From: Vitrella brassicaformis CCMP3155
Lineage: Eukaryota > Protista > Chromerida
Direction: 5' to 3'
Assembly (NCBI GenBank): GCA_001179505.1
Contig: CDMY01000385.1
Location: 388,856 to 452,855, forward strand
Length of the DNA stretch: 64,000 bases
A model generated the notes under the pieces. It saw nothing but the letters and a program-made list of their open reading frames with translations. It was not told the DNA's origin and did no database searches. Each line of letters starts with the position of its first letter. The first letter of the stretch is position 1. The translations under genes and the position numbers were made by a program. Positions 39,994-53,400 of this stretch are shown one piece after another.

Positions 39994-40521
39994 CCATGGT
40001 GTCACGCTGGCGAGGTGGCCGGCCGGTGGACACATCTCGACTTCTTGGCTTATACGCCTGGCTGTCCGGCTGTTTGCTTGTGATGCACAGGGAGTGTGTG
40101 TGAGTGTGTGTGTGTGCGCCTGATAGACAGCAGTGAATATGACTCACCGAACACGCCAGCGAGAGAATGACAGACAGTATGCGTCAAATGGGGGAGGAAG
40201 GGCATTGGGCTCACTGTTTGTTCGGGGCCATGTGTGACTGCGAGGGAGAGGGAGAGAGGAAGGAGAGATCGGGGAGGGGAGTTATGCGTCACTGACTATA
40301 GCGTGCTTGCGTCGGTTTCAAAGGGGGAGGCTCGTGCGTGGCTGCGAATGTGTGTGTGAGTGAGAGAGAGGGTGATGTCGGTCGGACAAAAGACAATCGA
40401 GCGGTTCTCAAAGGTTCAACAAGATAATCCAGACCTGGCTCGGTCAACCGTCAAGGTCACACGCACTGCACACACCCAGCCACACATACGCTACATCACA
40501 TCCAGCTGCACAAACCACCAC
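39994..40521 (+). repeat. Copy A of a diverged inverted duplication (partner 63523-64000)
   Basis: Reverse complement of the window end aligns by eye nearly base for base (ccatggtgtcacgctggcgaggtggcc...gctgcacaaaccaccac), with scattered substitutions and small indels. Confidence 0.95.
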
Positions 40522-41887
40522 ACGCAACAGGCGTTCATCTAGCAGTCCGCCTCGCGGTCGTGCCTCGTTGGCTGGTGTGGCCACATACCCGCAGTATCCC
40601 CTGTCCTGGATGGATGGATGGATGGAAAGGTGAAGAAGCTCATTGTCTATCTGAAGCCTCTGAGGTCAACCTTTCGTTGCTATGCTATGTACTCTGTCTA
40701 AGCTTGCTGGCTCTTCTCTGCAACTGCTTCTTGCCAGGGTCATGGTCAGGCCCTGCGGCTTGGCATTCGGATCAGCCAGCAAACTCTGGCTGCGCCATGT
40801 CGTCGACTGTCGGCCAGAAATCATTCTCAAACACAGCACGGCCATCCCCGTCCTTGGTGCTCCGGTGACATGCACCGCACATATGCAGAAACAGCACATC
40901 CACCGTGCCGTGTGTGGTATGAGCTCCCTCACAGTGCCCGGTAGGATCCATTACCTACGACTTTTCTTTGGTGCCCTGTTGGTGAGTCAAACGCGGAAAT
41001 CCTGCACTCATCTATCCACACACACACACACACACACGCACATTGCCAAGAGCACTCAACGCACACAATGATCAGTCTACCTGCAATGCATTGACCAACA
41101 CACATGACACACACGTGTGCTTCTGTCTCGAGGATCCATCAACTGCAGATCTGACTCTGCAGCGCTAATGAGCAAGGCTCATCTTCAAGGGCCACAGATC
41201 CATCGAGTTGCAGCACCCGTCGCATTAGCGATGGGTAGCGGATAGGCTGGCGTCGTGGTTGCTGCTGCAGCTGCATGGCTCCTCAGCCTCCCCAGAGCCG
41301 CCAGGACCCTCCTCCGAGTGCCGAGGAAGAGCTGTCTTCCATTCCGTCATAAGGGAGATCTTTGAACACTGATGAACGACGCGTAGGCTGATCACCGGAG
41401 GAGCTCACGCCCCTTCCTCCTCCACCTCTTTCCTCGCTCTGGTTGCGAGCTTGTGTGGCGATCTCTTGCGAGCTTGAGCTCGCAAATCAGGACTCCGCTC
41501 CGTCAGTTTCTGTTCATTTTGCCCCTCCCGGGGAGATCTAGTGATAGATCTGGGTGTGTGGTGCGTTTGCTGGCGAAGAGAGGCCGTCCGTCCCGCGTGC
41601 GAGTGAACCACATCAGCTCCACGGTAGTGAGAGCATCCAGCCTGCCGCCGCACAGCGCAACACCCCCCAGAGGGCCACCGCTGCGTGAGGGAGCCAGCGA
41701 GGGAGCGTCCGGCCTTCGGTGGTGCGGATCGACCTGCCATTCTCAGCTCCGGCCTTTGGTCACGTCCGCGGCGCCTTTGCTTTTGCCGAGCCGCAGGGGT
41801 GACGTTTGTGGGGTTTGGGTTGCTGACTGACCCTCATCGTCGCTGTTCGAGGACAGAACTGACATCACTATCACCTCCGTCGTCCAT

Positions 41888-44800
41888 ATGGACCAGGTGG
41901 ATCAAACTACTCCCGCTGTGGAGATCCCCGTGGAGATCCCCGTCGAGTCTGCACCGACACCGGCCAGCATGCCCGAGGCACTGTCGGTCGATGTGACGGG
42001 TGCCGCGGCGGGAACACCAGGTGCGGGCCAGGGGGGTGTGAACCCGGCTGAGAACCCCTTCCACAAGACCAGATACTGCCGATACTGGCTGCAGGTAGGT
42101 ACACTCACACAGAGAGAGGAGATAGTGGTCAGCCTGTTTGTGTGGCTGGTCTGCCAATCCGTGCTGACCTGACTGACTACTTCCTGTCGAATGATCGATT
42201 CTTTTGTTGATTGATTCTCTCTGTGCTGTGCTGCAGGGCAAGTGCCTGAGAGGTCCCACGTGCCGCTTCGCGCATTCCTGTAGGCTCAGGGCATCCACAC
42301 AGGGGGAAATGGTGTCTCATCGGTTGCTTCTCTGCCTTTGTGTGGTCGTGTGTGTAGGCGACGAGCTGAAGCAGAAGCCAGAGCTCAGGAAGGTATGCCC
42401 ACAGGCAGTGAGGCCGGCAAGCCAGCGCGTGTACACACCTGTTGCCCGTGTGATGTCATGTCATGCGTCAATCAGACCAAGTTGTGCGAGGAGTTCATGA
42501 AGGGCCTCTGCGACGACCAAAACTGCAACTTCGCCCACGGTGAGTTGTGTCAGGCAGACAGGCAGGCAGGCAGGCAGGTACCAACACGACTGGCGGCACG
42601 GTGGCATTGTCTGTCTGTCTGACGTATATATGTGCAGGTGTGAAGGAGCTTCGTTCGACGGAGGAGTTCTACAAGACATCGCTATGTATTTTTTGGAAGA
42701 AGGGCCACTGCGAACAGGGGTGAGCCAGCCCAGCCAAGCAAAACAGACAGACCAATGACTGCACACACCCACACCCACATTCACACGCCCTCCCCTGCCC
42801 TGCCTTGCCTTGGCTGCCTATGTGTGTGCAATGCAGTGCGAACTGCCGCCACGCCCACGGCCCTGAGGAGCTGCGTCCCAAGAAGGCCCCTCCCCGCCGT
42901 AGGGACAGCCGGGAGATGCTGGGGCGGGCCGGCATCGGCCCCTACCCGCCATACATGCAGCAATACGACTCCCCCATACGAGACGGCTACAACAGGATGG
43001 GCATGGGCATGCAGCGCACCAGATACCCTCCCACCACCATGGCGCACCCGCCCTACCGCCGCCCCCGGGGCGACAGCAGCGGCCAAATCTCCTCCACCGG
43101 CAGTCGGCGTGACGACAACATCATGCCCATCGCCGGCAGCCCCGCTGCACAGCGACAGATGCAGCATCACCCGCAGGAGCAGGACCAGGCTCTGTCCAAG
43201 TCGGAGATGTTTCGCCAGGAGATGGAGAGAAGAGGCCGGCCCAAGAGCCCCGGGGCACTCTCCGACCCAGGCGACGCTGCACGCCGGGTGGCCATGATGC
43301 AGGGCCAGGAGCACCGCGTCGGGGAGGTGGGCCACGAGGGTGGCGTGCCCATTCCGCAGGGCGAGGGCGGCTCCGACAACAGCGACCCCACACAGACGCG
43401 CGACCCCGAGAGCGCCGATGCCAACGGTGCGCGGCTGCGTCCCCTGGAGCACGAGAAGGAGGTGAGCGGCAGCATGGACCACAGTGAGGAGCCCGAGCCG
43501 GAGCACCGCGGCCCCTCCCGCAGCAACAGCGGCAAGGTGCGCAGCAGGAACGGACGCAAGAGGGGCCAGACTGGCGACATGATCATCCCCGAGGGTGGCT
43601 CTCCTGGCGTCGGCATGGCCATCGACAACAAGGGCGGGCGGCGGTCGTCGGGCCGCTACGGAGGCAGCAAGGCAAGACACTCGTCCTCGTTCTTCCCCCC
43701 CGCTACTGCTGAGCCCGTCATGGGCATGGGTGCCATGCCGCCATACCAGACGTCGCCCATCCAGGTGTTCCCCTCCGACGTAGCTGCCGGGGCGCCCGCG
43801 TATGGGATGCAGGGTGGGTGGGAGGGCTACCCGGGCGGCTACTACGACTACCCCTACGCCAGCCAGCCGGCGCCACGCATGGAGGACTTCGGCTTCCAGC
43901 AGGGCGCCCCCATGGCCCAGCGCAACGCCATCGTCCAGATCACGCCATCGACTGGCGGTGCATACCCGCCACCACCCCCCATGGCACCCCCTCCCCCACC
44001 GCGCACCAACTACCCACCGCCCCCTCCTAGTGGCGGCCACTCGACCCAGAAGATGCAGCCGGGGCCGCCTGGGGCGTTCCACCACCAGCAGCAGCAGCAG
44101 CAGCAGCCCGAGTTCGACATGAGCGGTTATGGGTACGGGCAGGCGGCATACGCAACGTCGCCCATGTATCGAATGGACCAGGCCGGCCCGGGGATGTTCG
44201 CGATGGGCACGGGGCCCACTGGTGTGTCGGACGTTATGGTTAGTGGCTCACAGGGATACCCTCCCATGCCCATGCACGGACAGGTGAGTGAGTGAGTGAG
44301 TGAGAAGGGCGGGAGGGCCAGTCAGGACATTGACTGATTGCAGATGAGTGAGTGTGTCTTCCCTCCCTTGTGTGCGAATGCAGCCTCAGTCGGAGATGCA
44401 CATTCAGGCCGGTCCTCCCGGGAGCTTCCCTCCCCCTCCCCCCGCCACCGACAGCGGCATCCCGCTGCACATGCCGTCCCTCCCACGCACCTCCCACCCG
44501 GTGCCCTTCGTGCGCCCCGCAGAGGTGGCCTCCACGCAGCGCACCCCCACCGCCACGAACAGCGAGGGCCGCACTCCCCCCGGCGGCGAAACCACCAGCA
44601 CCACTGCCGGCAGCTACGCATACAGCCCCGCCGGCTTCGTCACGGTGGCGGGCCTCTCGTCCCCCTCGCCCGTGCAGTCGACCAATGGAGGCGGCCACTC
44701 GAGGCAGCGCCAGCAGAGGAGGAGCGTCACCAACCAGGCCCAACAGCAGCAGCAACAGCATCAGATGGCCCAGCCGCCGCTCCCCCAGCCGCCCTCGGTG

Positions 44801-44911
44801 GTGAGCACTCCCATGCCGTCGACGAGCATGCCGATGGCGCAGCAGTCCCCCGTCGGGGCGCACGACGCCTCGCCCATCATCTTCGTGTCGCAGCAGAGAT
44901 ACGAAGAGTGA
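41888..44911 (+). CDS. Tandem CCCH zinc-finger RNA-binding protein (3 fingers) with long Pro/Gly/Gln/Tyr low-complexity tail
   Basis: FHKTRYCRYWLQ|GKCLRGPTCRFAH; TKLCEEFMKGLCDDQNCNFAHG; YKTSLCIFWKKGHCEQG|ANCRHAHGPEELR, each with C-x7/8-C-x4/5-C-x3-H and (F/Y)KT-type lead-ins. Confidence 0.9.
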
Positions 44912-44919
44912 TCGACATA

Positions 44920-47900
44920 ACATGCCCACTCACAGACTGACAGACGGGGAGGGAGGGACGGATGGAGGGGGAGGGAGGGGGGTTTTGCGTTGTGGGTGTT
45001 GGTGTGGATGGGTGTGGAGAGAGGAGAGGCTGGACGGAGTATCGTGAGCCAGCCCATGTGTGGCTTTAATTGAGTTGTTTGGAGGGAGGGAGGGAGGGAG
45101 GGGAAAGGGCTGGGTGCGTACAATATCTATCTTGTCTGTATCAGCGAGTACCGTATATAACTAACATGGATCTATTTCATGATGAGTGAGTGTATCTTCC
45201 TATCTATGGCCGTATGTACGTCTGTATGTCCGTATGTCTGTCTGTCTGTCTGTTGTGTGGCCGACACCACCATCCACCCCACCCACCAATCCACCACTCC
45301 ATCCATCCATGCCTGCATACGCATTACGTTCACACGTATCGTACCGTACCTTACTCTACACGGGTGTCTGTATGACAATGGTGCATAACATAACATAACC
45401 TGTATATTCACTCACTACCACTACAGGGCAAAGGGGGCTGGCTTGTGGGGGCGGCCGGCCGGCCACATGGTTTTCAACACAGCGAGCAAGCGGGATGGGC
45501 GTGGTGGGTGTCGGACTGGGTGTGTGGCGTCACACACATTGGTGTCATCGCAACCAGCCAGACATAGTACAGTCCCTAGCTAGTTACGTCGGTGGTGGTA
45601 TTGGATGGATGGACGGATGGATGGATGGATTGCTGTCGGTCTATCCATTTAGTCTGCCGCGTAAGTGTACGACGGCCGGTCTACGCACCAACACAAACAA
45701 CAGCACGGTGGCTCATCGATGGATGGATGGATGGACAAGCCGACCAGGAGTGAGAATAGAGGTAGCTGTGAGGCAGGCAGGCAGACAGCCGCATATGCCC
45801 ACTGTCGGGCGGGGGGTGGTTGATCGTACGGTCCAGTACTAGCGAGAGAGAGAGAGAGAGAGAGAGAGAGGAGGGGTTACCTGCCTCAGCCTGCGGAAAG
45901 ACAGAGCGATTCGCACCACCATCCATCGTCCATCGCTCCCGAATCGTTTTTACGCGTGATTTACATCCGGGCGGGGCGGGGCGGGGTCTGCATGAGAGCG
46001 AGCCGTCAGTACTGTCCATGTGTACGTGCGGGAGTGGGTGTAAAGTGTTAGATGGGGCGTGGCGTGGCGTGGCGATGATTGTTTGATGGATCAATGGCTG
46101 GATCAGTCAGTCGTGAGAGTGAGCTGTGAGGGTGTGTGTGGAGGAGCATCAATCGCATCCCGTGTGCAGGTTGCCGTTTTATCCACCCATGCTCCTTCTA
46201 TCTAGTGTACGTGTTATACCTGTCTGTGTTCCTGTGTGTGGTGCTAGTGGTATGCTGTGGTGTGGCGTGGCGTGGCGTGTTATGATGCTCTCTCCATGTG
46301 CGTGTGTGTGTGTGTCGGCCCTGTCTGTGCGCTGTACAGCGTCCCTCTGTTGGTGCATTTGTGCAGACGACACTCTACCTCGTTCATGATGACCATGTGG
46401 TGTGTGTAAAGGCCTAGCTACCTGACCCCACCCTCCCTCCTGGCTGCCTGCCTGCCTGCCTGCCTGTGTATGTGTGTGTTCGATTGTGCGCCACTCCACT
46501 CGTCTGTCTCGAGCCATCAATAATTTTCGGGGCGAGAGCCTCACCACCTCTACCACTACCACCGCTGAAGGACGTCCAGGTGTGTCTTGTGTTTGGATGA
46601 TCTGTGCTGCCTGCCTGTGAGTGAGTGAGTGAATGACATTTGCTGAACGTCTGTGTGCTGAGTTGGGTCGGTGGGTGCATTGCACAATGCATTTACATAC
46701 CGTACATGACATGGGCTCCGTGGGGTGCCGTGCCGTGCCGTGCCGAGGGATCCGTATGCATGCTTTTCGTTTTTCGCCGTATTCACTCACTCAACTCACT
46801 CACCTGTGTGGCTGTGTGTGTGCGGGGTAGGGGGGAGGGTGCCCGCGTGTGTTCCATCCATCCATCCATCCATCCATGGGTCTGACTCACTCACTCACAT
46901 GTACTGTATGCCATACAGCGCATTTACACCTTCACACACACACAGACAGACACACCCCGTAAGTAAGTATACGTACTGCCTAGTATGTGTTCGTACGTAC
47001 ATATCCATGACATCACGTACACAAGTGAGTACCACTACAGGGCAGGGCAGGGCAGGGAGATAAAACAGATAGATACAGGGATATATGGGAGGGGTGAATT
47101 AGTCGGTGTGGTGTGGTGTGGTGTGAGCTCTCTCTCCTCCCTACCTTCTTCCCCCGTCTGCTGCCCTTTCCCGGTCCACTGAAGCACTGATCCGCTCTCG
47201 CAATGGCCGCCATCGGAAGACGCACGACGCACGACCACGCACTCTCAGAGAGCCAGCCCCTCATTCGCTCATTGTGTTGTTTGGTCGGTCGGTCGTTAGT
47301 TCGGTAGGGTAAGGCGCGGTGCCCGTGTCGATAGGTAGGCAGAGTGACGGGGGGAGGGGAGCAACGCACGGCACGACGGGCGGGCTCTCGGGTGCGGCTG
47401 GCTAGACCACAAGAAGGCGGGGCGGGGCGGGGCGGGCGCATGTGAGGGGTGGTGGGGTTGTCGTGGGTTGTGCCATAGATAGTCATGACACATATATGCA
47501 CTTACATGGATTCATACGCAGCAGAGAGGGAGGGAGGGAGGGAGGGATCGCCGGCTGGCTGGGCTGCGTCCTTGCCTGCCCGCCCGCCTGCATGTCTTCG
47601 TGCCTGGCTTGGTGTGTCCCTGTGAGGTCATTATGATCGCACCCACACGCGCACACGCCTGAGTACCTACGGTACGGTACGGTAGTCTCTGTGCGTGCGT
47701 GTGTACCGTAGTGGCCCGCCAGCGAGGTTTTTCCCTGATTCCTCTCTGACATGCCTGTTGTGTGTGTCGTCCACCATCCATTCCATTCCATTCCATTCGG
47801 TGTTCGGTTCATGTATTCGTATGCCTACCGGCATTGATTGCCTGGATTGATGCCGAAGGCGGCACTCACTGCTTACGTTCCATCGCATTACTCTGACTGG

Positions 47901-50420
47901 GGAGAGGGGAGGGAGGGAGGGAGGCTCTGTGTGTCTGTCAGCCGGTGTGGGTGCATTCATTCGTTCATATACGTCCGTACTGTCTGTCTGTCTGACTGAA
48001 TGTGTGTGTGTGGTTGCCTACTGCCTGCCTGCCTGCCTGTTCGTTCTATTTTTCCCGCTTACATGCCAAGCAAACGACATACACACTATGACGTTCATGC
48101 CAATCTTCGCCCTGCCTGCCTGCCTCTCTCCATCTTGCGACACTGTCTGCCCGTTCTCTCTCGTCTCTACCTGTCTGTTGATCGCTTGATGCCATCGGAT
48201 GTGGTATTTTTAATTCGCCAAGCGGCCGGCCTCCTGGCGGGCACGGCAGCAAGGATACATACGTTGCTATGGGTGCCCTCTGACTGAGAATCGACTTGGA
48301 GCTTCCTCACACACGGAGGCAGGCAGACAGGCATCGCACGGTCACCTCGACCGACTTGATGGCAGTGGCAGCTGGCTCTGGTATTCTATTCATTCATCCA
48401 CTCACTCGGTGTCTGTGTGCCTATTCTTTTATCACATCTCCGTCAGCCAGCTTAGTGTGTGTGGTGTGGTGTGTGGTTGGGCTGTCTGTCTGTCTGTCTG
48501 TCTCGTACTTGTCTTCCAGCCTGCCTGCCTCCCTCCCTCCCCGGCGGCAGGCAGGCAGGCAGGCTGGGAGAGATGTGGTATACTATGGTATGCTGTGGTA
48601 CTCTACAGGCGCGCTACACACACACACACACACACACAGAGGTCCCTCACACACATGGATGGATGACGCTTCGCACACCCTGAAGTAGGCTCTGGGGCGC
48701 TTCTCTCTCTCTCTCTCTCTCTCACACCCCCCAACACATTGGTTTCCTTCCGTGTCATGGCTGTTATGTTAAGCCTCGTGTGTTGCGTTTTATAACAGGG
48801 GCGGGTGCATGGGCGTGGGGGCGGGTTCTCTTTGTCGATCGATCTCTGCATGTATGGCGGATGGAGGGTGGGTCGTGAGTGTTACTTTCAATTCGTGTCT
48901 GACCGTTTCGTACAAACACCGTGGTTCCGAACCGTTGTCTTTCTTACATGGCTATCTGTTTAAGTGTTTCTTTGTGTTTGTGTCTGTGGCGCTGCTGCGG
49001 AAGTGCAGAGTGCAGGTGTGTGTCCCAAGCTAAGCTCGCTTGAGGCACAGACAGAAGATATGTATGGGTCATTTTTGAAGGATGGATGGACCGACCCACG
49101 CGCAGCCCTGTTAGCCATGAATGGATGGGTGTGTCGATCGATGGATGTGTGTGTGTATGTGCGTGAGTGCCTTTATAAAGCCTGCCCGCCTGTCGTCGCA
49201 TTTGCCTAGCTGCCCTCCCTCCCTGCCTGTCTGCCTGACTGTCTGCCGGTCACGGCATTCATTTGCACGGAAGCTCCTTGCCTCCACGGCCACTCACTCA
49301 CTCACTCACTGTATTCACCACATCATCACATATATTGCACCAGAGGAGCAAGGGGCCCTTCCTTCTCGGCTTGGCTTGGCGTGTGTGTGTGTGTGTGTGT
49401 TGTGTGTGTGCCTATGTGCTGTCTGGCGTCTCTCATACCTACCTACCTGTATCGCACTCGTCTCTCTCTCTCTTGTCTCCTCCTGAGATCTGTGTGTGGA
49501 CACAAGTGTGTGTGTGTGTGTGTATGTGAGTGTGCGCGCGAGAGAGTTGCTGATGATGCGAGACGTGCGAAGTCACTGCATGGTATACCATGATGATTGA
49601 GTAAACGAGAGCATCACATTGCTCGCCTGGTCGTGGGGTGCATCAAAGTGTCTCGATCTCTCCATCAATCCATCATGAGCAAAGCGTCCATCCATCATGC
49701 AATCGGCCAGCCATCCACCCGGATGGACCCACTTGCACACCGGCGACCTACTGGTGGTCATTGAAACGCCCCCACCCCCCNNNNNNNNNNNNNNNNNNNN
49801 NNNNNNNNNNNNNNNNNNNNNNNNNNNNNNNNNNNNNNNNNNNNNNNNNNNNNNNNNNNNNNNNNNNNNNNNNNNNNNNNNNNNNNNNNNNNNNNNNNNN
49901 NNNNNNNNNNNNNNNNNNNNNNNNNNNNNNNNNNNNNNNNNNNNNNNNNNNNNNNNNNNNNNNNNNNNNNNNNNNNNNNNNNNNNNNNNNNNNNNNNNNN
50001 NNNNNNNNNNNNNNNNNNNNNNNNNNNNNNNNNNNNNNNNNNNNNNNNNNNNNNNNNNNNNNNNNNNNNNNNNNNNNNNNCCCCCCGCCTCTACACCACA
50101 CCCACCCACAGCAATCGCCGTGTAGGTCAATGATAATTCGGGTCACAGCACACCACCCCAGACCACCCATTTGGGCGGCACGCCCCCCACTGAATTATCC
50201 GCCGTGCTGCATTTCTCTCTGTCTGTCTGTCCATCTGTCCATGCTGAGCTTGTCGGTCAAGAACAGGTCCGTGTGAGCTCACTCACGCGTGACGCACCAC
50301 GCAGGCAGGTGAACACCGACGCATCACCTGAGACCCAGAAACGAAGCCAGAGAGAGGTCCATTCCGACCCCCTCCCCCCGCGACCTCCCTCCTCCACTCA
50401 CCTTAATCGCGTCGCATACG
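44920..50420. repeat. Microsatellite-rich intergenic tract between convergent genes
   Basis: (GGAT)n, (CTGT)n, (GA)n, (CA)n, (GGCA)n, (GCCGT)n, (CCATT)n runs; no credible ORF. Confidence 0.8.
49781..50080. other. Assembly gap (300 N) flanked by poly-C
   Basis: N run flanked by C homopolymers on both sides. Confidence 0.98.
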
Positions 50421-50429
50421 ATCGATCAG

Positions 50430-53400
50430 TCACATCATTGTTGGCGGCGATCGAGATCTGCCGTCTCCACCCGGCCCCTGCTGCCCCATCATTGCCCCCG
50501 CCGGGCCGGAGCCAGCGGGCATTGTCACCGCCCGCATGTCCCTTCGAACACCCTCAGGCACCATCGGGGAAGCCCCCGCACTCGGACCACCTTGCTGCTG
50601 ATACTGCTGAAACTGCTGCGGGTGGGACGGCATCTGCATCTGCTGCCCGTGTGTGGTTTGTTGAGGCATGGGCGCACCTTGCTGCTGCTGCTGCTGCTGC
50701 TGCGGATACGCACCTCCCATTGCAACCATCCCAGGGGCAGCTGACGGAGCGGTTGGCTGCATTGGGGGCCCCTGTGCTGGTGGGGGATAGCCATGCACCA
50801 TGTTGCCGTCAGTGAGGGGGCCGCTGTGGAAGGACTGAGGGTAAGGAGCGTACCCATTCTGCTGCTGCTGCTGTTGGTGATGCTGTGAAGGCGCCGAGCT
50901 GGGCCTCTGCTGCTGTTGTGGGGCGGCATTGTTGAATGGTGGCTGCTGGGTGGGCTGATAGCCCATCATCGACTGTGGCGCAGCCAGCCTCTGAGGTTGC
51001 ATTGGCTGGTCTTGGCTGGTTTGTCGCGGCACCCCACTGGACAGCGTGTCGGCATTCCTCTGCATCTGCATCGTCAGCAGATCCTGAGCCGGGCCGCCAA
51101 TAGCACCACCCCCACTCGCCACCGGCCCCGACACTGATATGGACCGGCCGAAGGGATCTGCCGGCATTGTGGGCGACGGCACTTGTGAGTACGGCTGAGG
51201 GGGCGACGCCGTCATGTCACTCGATACACGAGCAGACGGCGTCGAGCTCGTCCGTGGTAGCCCCCCCGACCTACCATCGACCATGGGTGACGCAAAGGGC
51301 TGCCCCTGCATGGTCCGCATCGGGGGCTGCAGGCTGCCACCACCCATCCCCATTCCACCACTGGCCATCGGCTGCGGATAAGAGGGGCTCTGCAGCGGTG
51401 ATGATGATCTCGCTGGCACCATCGGCTGGTTCTGGTACGGAGCGGTGGGCGGAGGGGACGATCCGACAGAGTACGACGTCGGCTGGGCCGCTGCTGTGGG
51501 ATCGTTGGCGGCTTGCATGATGATGCCGGCACCGACGTCAGGCAACGGGGGCTGCTGTGGCTGTGTAGGATAGAAACCGGTCGCGGGCAGAGACGGAGGC
51601 ATTGTGGGGGAGGGGGGGCGGGCAGCCCGTTGCGGCGGCATCTGCTGTTCTTGCTGTTGCTGCTGATACTGATGCTGCTCCTGAGCCTGCGACTGAAGCA
51701 CCGGTGCAGGGGATCTCCTCCACTCGTTGATCAAATCCAGACCGCCTCCGACGTCCTGACCGCCAGGGGACGGTCCATGTATGTGCTGCATCTGCATCAT
51801 GGGCTGGGTCGGCTGCTGCTGTGCCGACTGCAGACCGCCACTGAGTTGCGTCGGCGGCACGCTCGGGTCGAATGAGGGGCTCATGAATGACGGCATCCCG
51901 TTGGCCTGCACCATGCCGCCCTGCTGCATCAGCGGTGGTGGAGACGGGGGAGGGAGACTCGCCGTCTCCCGTGGCTGTCGTTGCTGCTGCTGCTGCTGTT
52001 GCCAGGGCGGTGATGGTGGCAGAGGGGCATGATGGTTTGGTGTGGGCTGGGGGGGCTGGGGGGGCAGAGAGAACAGATCGGGAGGGAGACCAGGGCTCGC
52101 CGGCTTGCCGTTGCCTACAGGGGGCATCCCAGCCATCACACCATCATTCGGCGAGGCGTTGTGCATCATGTTGTTGGGAAGCGGCGGTCGGAACGCCTGC
52201 TGCTGCTGCTGCTGATGTGAGGCCTCGTCGACGGCAGGTGGCAAGAAGCCCCATCCCGAGTTGAGCTGTGGCTGTGGCGGTCTCGCCTTGCCAGCATCGC
52301 CTTCATCAAACACCGCCCAATTGCCCCCTCCCCCGCCACCACCACTGGCCGTAACAGGGCCTGGTGCGTCGCTCAGCTGCTGCACCGGCGAGGGGAAGCC
52401 CTGCCAGCCACTGTTGGCGTCGAAGCCCGCCGTCGCCCATTGCGGCGGGGAGGCCGGTGGCGGGCTCGGTGACGACGTCCAGCCCGCGAACGGCTCACCT
52501 CCACCAACGGCTTGGCCCAGATGTTGGTGTCTCTTCTTCTTGGGCTTGTCCTTGTCCTTGCTTGGCTTCTTGCCGCCCCCCATGGCCACCGCAGATGGAT
52601 CGATGGGGGCGAACTTGAAGTCAGGGTTGTGGTCCCGCGCCTGCTGGCTCATCCGCTGCGACTTCTGCAGCACCGCCGGCGGCAGGTACGACTGCAGGGC
52701 CGATGGGGAGATGGACGCATACTTGCTGAGGATGCGGCACAGCTCAGCAGCAGACGGGCGGTCGCGGGGGTCGGCCGCCAGCATCCAGTGGACCAGGTCC
52801 AGCAGCTTGGGGCCGACGCGGAGCTTGCCCCCTCCCTGACCCCCACCCCCACCCCCACCGCCCCCGCCGGTGGACACCCGGATCGTGTCGAGTGGCATGG
52901 AGTAGTTGGCGTTGGCTATGGCGAGTGGGGACTGGTCCTGGAAAGGGTGTCTGTAGAAGACAAGGGTGTAGAGGATGCATCCGAGCATCCAGATGTCGAC
53001 CTTGTCGCTCAGCTCGTAGCCCTTGTAGAAGTCCACCATCTCAGGCGGCCGGTACATCATGGTCGTGTACTTCTCAATCTCCTCCTGCAGCTTCAGCAGA
53101 CGCTCACGGGCACACGTCTTGGGCTGGATCTGCTCCGTAGAGCAGCTGCCGAAGTCGCACAGCTTGTAGTGCCCGCCAGCCCCCAAAATGTTCTCGATTT
53201 TGAGGTCGCGGTGCACTATCGGCGGTCTCTGGCCGTGCAGGTGCGCCACCCCTTTGCAGACGTCGTGGAATATGCCCACGATGACGTCCTCGGCGAGCTG
53301 CCCGTCATGGGCGTCCAGGAGACTGAGGAGGTGCCCGTCGCGGCAGAATTCCATGAGGATGCAGACCTCTCTGCTCTGCCCGCCCCCTCCACTCTCGCCC

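Noticed and set aside
40600-41750. Coding-like fragments on the minus strand (e.g. TKDGDGRAVFENDFWPTVDD, QPIRYPSLMRRVLQL)
   Set aside because: Interrupted by stops and not joinable into a convincing model; may be a decayed lineage-specific gene, but support is insufficient.
42781-44085. 434-aa minus-strand ORF
   Set aside because: Antisense shadow of the GC-rich CCCH gene exon; the same applies to shadow ORFs opposite the NAK, PFDN5 and 13-18 kb genes.
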